A DNA stretch of 64,000 bases from NCBI RefSeq assembly GCF_964194155.1, contig NC_135903.1, forward strand, positions 2,976,001 to 3,040,000, given 5' to 3'. The notes beneath the pieces are model-generated. The model ran no database searches, was not told the DNA's origin, and saw nothing but the letters and a program-made list of their open reading frames with translations. The stretch is from Cetorhinus maximus (Eukaryota). Made by a program: the position numbers and the translations under genes. Each line of letters starts with the position of its first letter. Position 1 is the first letter of the stretch. Of the stretch, positions 57,501-64,000 are shown piece by piece.

Positions 57501-58320
57501 CAGTATAATGTGGATAAATGTGAGGTTATCCACTTTGGTAGCAAAAACAGGAAGGCAGATTATTATCTGAATGGCTATAAATTGAGAGAGGGGAATGTAA
57601 CAACGAGACCTGGGTGTCCTCGTACATCAGTTGTTGAAGGTAAGCATGGAAGTGCAGCAGGCGGTAAAGAAGGCAAATGGTATGTTGGCCTTATAACTAG
57701 AGGATTCGAGTACAGGAGCAGGGATGTCTTGCTGCAATTGTGCAGGGCCTTGGTGAGACCACACCTGGAATATTGTGTGCAGTTTTTGTCTCCTTATCTG
57801 AGGAAGGATGTTCTTGCTGTAGAGGGAGTGCAGCGAAGGTTTACCCGACTGATTCCTGGGATAGCGGGACTGACATATGAGGAGAGATTGAGTCGATTAG
57901 GATTATATTCGCTGGAGTTCAGAAGAATGAGGGGGGATCTCATAGAAACCTATAAAATTCTAACAGGACTAGACAGGGTAGGTGCAGGAAGGATGTTCTC
58001 CTTGGTTGGGGAGTCTAGAACCAGGGGTCACAGTCTGAGGGTACGGGGTAGACCATTTAGGACTGAGATGACGAGAAATTTCTTCACCCAGAGAGTGGTG
58101 AGCCTGTGGAATTCGCTACCACAGAAAGTAGTTGAGGCCAAAACATTGTATGTTTTCAAGAAGGAGTTAGATATAGCTCGTGGGGCAAAAAGGGTCAAAG
58201 GATATGGGAGAAAGCGGGAGCAGGCTATTGAGTTGGATGATCAGCCATGATCATAATGAACGTCGGAGTAGGCTCGAAGGGCCGAATGGCCTACTCCTCC
58301 TAGTTTCTATGTTTCTATGT
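54575..58320 (+). mobile_element. Near full-length CR1 LINE (family B): ORF1 SGNH/GDSL esterase, ORF2 APE endonuclease and RT; frameshifted
   Basis: VIGDSIVRG, HIGTND, DGLHL; CLNTRSIRNK, ETWL, SDHN; QHGF, LDFQKAFD, QGSVLGP, FADDTKL; tail (TTTCTATG)n. Confidence 0.95.
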
Positions 58321-58324
58321 AACT

Positions 58325-58490
58325 TATGTCCACTTGCCAACCAAGCAGCAGTCTTTTCATGCAGTATAAGTTGTTGTTCCCTTTACACTTGGTATTCTTG
58401 TGAATTGTCCTGATGAGTGCAAGATGGAAAGTTTCAACAAAAAATGTCCTTTTTCAGTAAAACTCAAGTTCTGTACTACTAAACGACTAA
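58325..58490 (+). mobile_element. Probable second Penelope-type terminal repeat remnant
   Basis: CCAAT-like and TATA-like motifs upstream of a hammerhead fold; no coding remnant seen. Confidence 0.45.
58405..58440 (+). ncRNA. Minimal hammerhead ribozyme motif, second family, partly decayed
   Basis: TTGTC-CTGATGA-GTGCAAGAT-GGAAA-GTTTC-AACAA: intact CUGAUGA, stem I TTGT/ACAA. Confidence 0.5.
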
Positions 58491-59348
58491 CTGAATAAAA
58501 CTTAAATGAATAATAATACGGAATTAGTAATGCAGCAAGTTTGGACTGCCCACTGAATATGGCCGCAGGACTATTCGCCTTTATTTTCTCAGACAATAAT
58601 ATAGTTAATGAGATATTGAGACTCTGCTGGAGCAGAGAAGTCCAAGAGGAAATTTAATTGAGGTTTGTCAAATGATAAAGAGATGAATAGAGAAAAAATA
58701 TTTCTCCTGGTTAGAAGGTCAGTGAGGGGAAATCATTGTTTTAATTTTTCAGTAAGAGAGTGAGCAGGGCAAATTTTCTTTACCAGAGTTTCCATGACGG
58801 ATACTTGAGCCTGAGGCTATTGGACATCTTAAGGGAAGAGGAAAGGATGGGCAAGAGGGGAAGGAAGTGAGGAAGTGTAATTAGCTTTGGTTTGCTAGCT
58901 GTGAAAAGCTACGGAGACACAATGGAGGTGATTTTCAGAATGGATTACTTCCTGTTCTAGAACTTTCATGCGCCTCATTCCATTGGCTTCAATGGAATGA
59001 AAACCAGATGTGCTCTGCGATGGGGTTGGGTTGGGGGGTGGGGTGTAGATGGTATAGGAGGTTGTGGGAAGTGTGTGGGGGCTGTGGGGTGGTCTGCTCC
59101 ACCAGGTCACCACCCAGATAGTGAAACTGAAAATGACCATTACCAACGGTGCAGAAAGTGATTGGTGATCTGGTCATAGAATCCTACTACTGATCATGGA
59201 ATCGCTGACCCCTCCTTGTACAAACCTTTTAGAGAGCTTTGTAGGAAATAGCTACAAATGTTCAATGCTGCTTTAAAATGATTCGTACTGTGCATCCTGG
59301 AGATCCTGCCCACAGTTCACTCAACTGTCAATCAAAGCATCCAGTAAA

Positions 59349-59907
59349 TACCTCTGTCACCAAAGGTGGGTAGAGGTAAGGTTCTTGACCTGTTTGTTAG
59401 TCTGTTTTTTGTTAAATAATATATCTCAAAAACTAATGGACAGACTTCAATGAAACTTGGTACACAGATAAGGTATGGCCCAAGGGAGAACTGATTAGTT
59501 TTTGGCAAAGATGCAGGTCTGGGATCCTGAATTTTTTTTTTAAAGGATCTGTTAATATTGGAGGATCAGACAAATTGGCCTTTTTTTTTAAAGAATGTTG
59601 TGGGATTGTTTCACTTAGAATGTTGTTGACAGTTTTAGAATGTTGTGGAATATCTTGGCTGCTGTGGTGGAATTTATTCACAGCTGTCATAATGTGAGCA
59701 GAGTTTTCAGAGCAGGCTGTTGGATGTGAATTGGCCTGAAGTAGGATGGAAGGTTTTAATAAAAAGATTTGATTTTTCAGCTTTGTAGTTACAAAGCACC
59801 AACCAGGCAGGGAGAAACCTCAAGGAAGAGCCGTGTAAGTGTAATAATGTAGAGTTAGCACACCATGGCAGAGGTATGAGCTCTACTGAGTGCCCCCTTC
59901 ACTTGTT
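59349..59907 (+). mobile_element. Helentron-type non-autonomous element (HINE/DINE-1-like)
   Basis: 5' hairpin TACCTCTGTCACC/GGTGGGTAGAGGTA, GTTT-rich tract, 3' subterminal inverted repeat TGGCAGAGGTA, 3' hairpin GCTCTACTGAGT, ends CTTGTT. Confidence 0.55.
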
Positions 59908-60795
59908 GACTCAGGGGGCGGAATTTTCCATGCCTGCTGGTAGCGGGCGTGATAAGTGGCATGCGCGGACAATATGGCGCGATTGGTTTCACAACGGCGG
60001 GAAGGGACGCTGTGACCTTCCGCTCAGTCCACCAATGGCAGGTGCATTTCCTGCCAATGGTTGTTGAGAGCTCATTGTAATACGCCAGCATATCATTAAA
60101 AGGCCATCCCGCCAGGCTCTTGGACCCCCACTGGTTTGTCCGTCCGTGTCGGCGAGAAAGCATGTCATTTGGCTGCCTTCACTTTGGGGGAACTGAGGTG
60201 AGTGAACAACATAGTTTTCCACAGCTCACCAGGGTCGTCTGTTGCTTTGCAGGCTTCAGGGGCGCCGGGGGGCCTGGGTGAAGTGCCGCCCTGCCTCAGA
60301 GGTGACTGTTTTTGGGGGGGTGGTGTCCAGGGGCAGCAACTGCCCTGACGTGGAGGCGACAGTTGTCGGCGGGAGGTGGGGGTGTCCAGGGGGAACTGCT
60401 GCCCAACCTTGGAGGTGGCTGTTGCTGTTATCAGGTGTTGGGGGGGTGCAACTGCTGCCCTGGCGTTGGATCCCGCGTACAAGAAATTAAGGTAGGGGGT
60501 AGGGTAGGCGAGGGAAGTGGCCACGCAGTAGGCGCCACCTATCATGCCCGCTATTAGCGGGCATGGAAAATTCTGCCCCATGAGTCAACAAATGAAGGGG
60601 GCACTCAGTAGAGCCATTACCTCTGCCATAGTGTGTTAACTCTACATTATTACATTTACACAGCTCTTCCTTGAGACTTTTCCCTGCCTGGTTGGTGCTT
60701 TGTAGCTACAAATCTAAAAAATTAAATCTTTTTATTAAGATCTTCCAGACCAATTCACATCCAACAGCCTGCTCTGAAAACTCTGCTCACATTAT
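59689..60795. repeat. Long inverted repeat, arms 59689-59960 and 60534-60795
   Basis: Arms align as reverse complements over ~265 bp with scattered substitutions and small indels. Confidence 0.95.
59916..60578. mobile_element. Harbinger-type non-autonomous element
   Basis: ~45-bp TIRs GGGCGGAATTTTCCATGCCTGCT / AGCGGGCATGGAAAATTCTGCCC. Confidence 0.75.
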
Positions 60796-61281
60796 AAACC
60801 GTATAAACTGACCATTCCTCTGCAACTGGGGCAGTTCAGGCGCAGCCGCAGTGATATGATTGGGGTCGGGCTCCTAGCCTGTCCGCCCACACAAGCAACG
60901 TGGGGGCACCAAAGTAAAGTGACCTTAACCCCCCAGCCTCCTGGCACAGACTGTGAGTCTGCAACCACTGTACTGGACCATGGAGCAGTTGGACTGCACA
61001 CGTTGTACAATCTCCTCTACAACTCTGGCCATGTATCAGTCACTGCTGGAGGTGCTCACAGCCTCTTGCAATCTTAGCATCCCGGATAGGAACTGTCTCC
61101 CCCATGTTGCAGGCTGACAGGGCAGCCATGCAGCGCACTCATCTCTGGCCAACTGAGGGGTGTCCAGCACTCTCTGGGAAGCATTAAGGGGCAGTCACAC
61201 AGGGTCAGGAAAGGTGCTAAGTACACCCATGATAACCACATCTCTCTCTCTTTCATGCCGCAGGAGGACCCCATCAGGAGC

Positions 61282-62455
61282 ATGGAGCCTGGTGACCCCT
61301 ACAGAGAGCGGAGAAGATAGAGGAGAGAGTGACTGAGGCTCCTGGCCGGGCAAAGACAGGAACAGCAACCTCAGGAAGAAGGGGCTGCTGGGGTCCCGCA
61401 CACACTGCCCAGGAGCGGCAGTGAGCCTTGGCTGGTTGGCGTCTGTCATTCCTGCAGATGACCAAGAGCCAGTCTTGCTGCAACCGCACATGTCTAGGGT
61501 CGCTCACATCTGCCACTTACTGCAGGACTTGGCGCCAAGGGGACGTGGAGGGCATCCACTGCCAGTGGCTGTGAATGTGACTCAATTTCTATGCCAATGG
61601 CTCCTTTCAGAGCTCCACAGGTGACCTCTGTGGGATATCACAAGCTGTCACCCACAAGGTCACGGATGCCATCTTCTCCATGGCACACAACTTTGTGCAT
61701 TTCGCCTGGGACTGGGACAGCCAGAATGCAAGGACCAATGATTTGCCCGGATCTCGGGATTTCCACAGGTGCAGGGTGCAATCGACTGCACCCATGTGGC
61801 GCTCAGGTCTCCATCACTGCACACGGTGGACTACATCAACCACAAGGGATTCCACTCACAGAATGTGCAGCTGGTGTGCGACCACCAGAAACGCATCCTG
61901 CAGGTGTGCGCACGGTTTCCAGGGAGTCTGCATGATTCCTACATCCTCAGTCGGTTGCAGATCTCTGGAGTCTTCCAGGGTCCACAGAGGCTGCAGGGTT
62001 GGCTCCTCGGGGACAAGGGCTACCCGCAGAGGCCATGGTTGATGACACCCGTGCGGCGGCCTCAGACTGCAGCAGGGCGACGCTATAATGGGACTCATGC
62101 TGCAACTCGCAACATGGTGGAGCAGACCATCGGGATGCTGAAGATGTGGTTCCGGTGCCTGGACCGGTCTGGTGGAGCCCTGCAATACAGTCCGCAGAGG
62201 GTGTCACACATCGTCATCGTCTGCTGTGCCCTTTACAACCTGGCGCTGCAATGAGGAGAGGAGCTGGCTGAGGAGGAGATGGAGGAGCTGCATGTCTTCT
62301 CCGATGAGGAGGATGCCAACAGGGATGAGGGTGAAGAGGTCCTCGGAGGTGACGATGATGAGGATGAGGCTCTCGCACTGGCTAGACAAGGCAGGCAAGC
62401 TTGGGAGGCCCTCATAGCTGCTAGATTTGTGGAGGACGATGATGACATGCAGTGA
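61282..62455 (+). pseudogene. PIF/Harbinger DDE transposase, disrupted
   Basis: ORF 61769-62254: GAIDCTH, NHKGFHS.NVQLVCD, FPGSLHDSYIL, LLGDKGY, VEQTIGMLK..FRCL, CCALYN; upstream frameshifts, premature TGA before acidic tail. Confidence 0.9.
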
Positions 62456-63185
62456 GGTGACCCCATAGATCCTCACACTGCATTTGTGAACGTTTGACTC
62501 CAGTCTGGCTTATGGCAGCGCAAATACCTTCTGTGAGAATGCTCCTGTCATGGAGATGCAGTGGAGGCTCTAATAGTCGCTCGATTGCAGGAGGGTGATG
62601 ACAACATGCAGTGAGAACACTCCATTAATCTTCACACAGTCTCTGAGGATGTCTGACTCCTGTCTGGCCGAGGCCAGCTTGCTTGCGCTCCGTGATCAGG
62701 GTCACATCATAGGGACGTAGCCAAGAAACTATAAAAACTTCTGATGCTTTGTTTGCCTTCAGCACCTGAACACTTCAGGTGCTGGGGCACAGCATCAGTG
62801 GTTAAAGATGCTGATGAGATGGGGGCCTACCCCTCCTTAAAGGTGCTGAGAGCACACAGAGAGAATGATGGAACTCCGTGGTGCCTGCCCACGACATTCT
62901 GGCAGCAATGACCAGCACCACCGAGGTGCAGGCATCAGTAATGTCTCCAGGGAGTGAAAGGCTGGACCATCACTTTGGTCTGAAGGCTGCGCAGACACAG
63001 GGAAGAGGCCCTGGACTGAGACACCTGCCTTTATCTTGTGCAGAAAGGCTTCACATCTAAGTGACAAGAGCACTGCTCATCAGAACAAGGAGTCAGAGGC
63101 AGGGAGACATTCTTGAGAGTTTATTGACAATAGTGAACAATATGTACAAGTGATTAACACCCGTGCCTTGCCCAGAAATAGGCAA

Positions 63186-63960
63186 CTAATTCTCCTTAAC
63201 TGTTCTAACCCTGCTGCTATGTCTTGGTGCTCCCCGGGCATCCACAGCGGAGGTGGAGGCAGCCTGCTGACTGTGACTCCCTGTCTGTGATAACTTTGGT
63301 GGGCATCCTCTGGAGGGCTGAGACTTGGGGGGCCCCCGGTCTGCTTTTGGGGTCCTGCTGTGTGGCAGTGGCCCCTCCTCGGTCTGTGAAGCTGGATCTG
63401 TGGAGGTCACAGGAAGAGGGGATTCAGATGGGCCGGTCATTCCCGGAGTCACCTGGGTGGATGGCCCCAGAGTGTGCACCTGCTGATCCTCCTCCCTATG
63501 GGTGCCCGAGGGCCCCTAGCTGACTCCATGAGGAGAAGGGGTAGCTGGAGTGAGACTGAGCTGCCCCACACCCCTCTCGTGTACACACTGCTGGAGGCCA
63601 ACTATGGCATCAGCGATAGAGTTGAGCCCGTGCAGCAGTGCAGGAGCGACGTCCTGGACCAAGGTCTCCATGGCGGCCGCCATCCTACCAGTGTTGACCT
63701 CACTGCGTTGCAATGCCGGCGCTATCACCTCAGCCTGAACGCGGATGGAAACCTCCATCGTGCCTTGTAATCTGAGGAGTGCAGTGGACATCCCTTCCTG
63801 ATGTTCCCGAGTTTGCCTTTGCAGCTCCAGCAACTAAGACATGACCGAGTCCAGAGGCTCCTCATCTGACTCAGACTCAGCAAATTTCTGGCCTCCAGCA
63901 ACCCTCCGAGTGCCAGGGACCTGAGAAGTCCCTGCCTCCGCCTGCTGTGGATCAGACAGT
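63186..63960 (-). pseudogene. Probable C-terminal part of the Harbinger second (Myb/SANT-type partner) gene
   Basis: Convergent frameshifted ORFs with a coiled-coil-like segment and basic tail; minus-strand AATAAA at 63120-63125; Myb domain itself not visible. Confidence 0.55.
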
Positions 63961-64000
63961 GTGATGTGGTCACCAGATTGTTATCCCGTGTCTATTATAA

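Noticed and set aside
61769-62254. Domesticated HARBI1 gene
   Set aside because: Frameshifts, premature stop and transposon context indicate a decayed element
1-64000. Most short ORFs in the supplied track; CRISPR arrays, operons, rRNA
   Set aside because: Eukaryotic intron and repeat DNA; the ORFs are shadows of exons or TE fragments or chance; no repeat-spacer array or rRNA seen

Overview
Vertebrate genomic DNA; the repeat landscape (CR1/L2 LINEs, Deu-type SINEs, Penelope remnants, Harbinger MITEs) suggests a cartilaginous fish (inference). Two spliced + strand genes can be reconstructed with consistent GT-AG phases: the 3' seven coding exons of MSL1 (2862-15560; the first exon is not in the window) and a complete 8-exon NR1D1/Rev-erb-alpha (34025-49697, 594 aa) with candidate circadian cis-elements (E-boxes, ROREs, D-box-like sites). 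The rest is mostly decayed, often nested transposons, including a near full-length esterase-ORF1 CR1, a two-gene PIF/Harbinger relic and a Helentron-type non-autonomous element. Most notable: two families of Penelope-type minimal hammerhead ribozyme motifs (all copies mutated), L2 LINE copies carrying perfect ROREs around Rev-erb-alpha, a candidate distal clock enhancer, a candidate MSL1 poison exon and a 1.1-kb foldback structure. All calls were made by eye; no searches were run.
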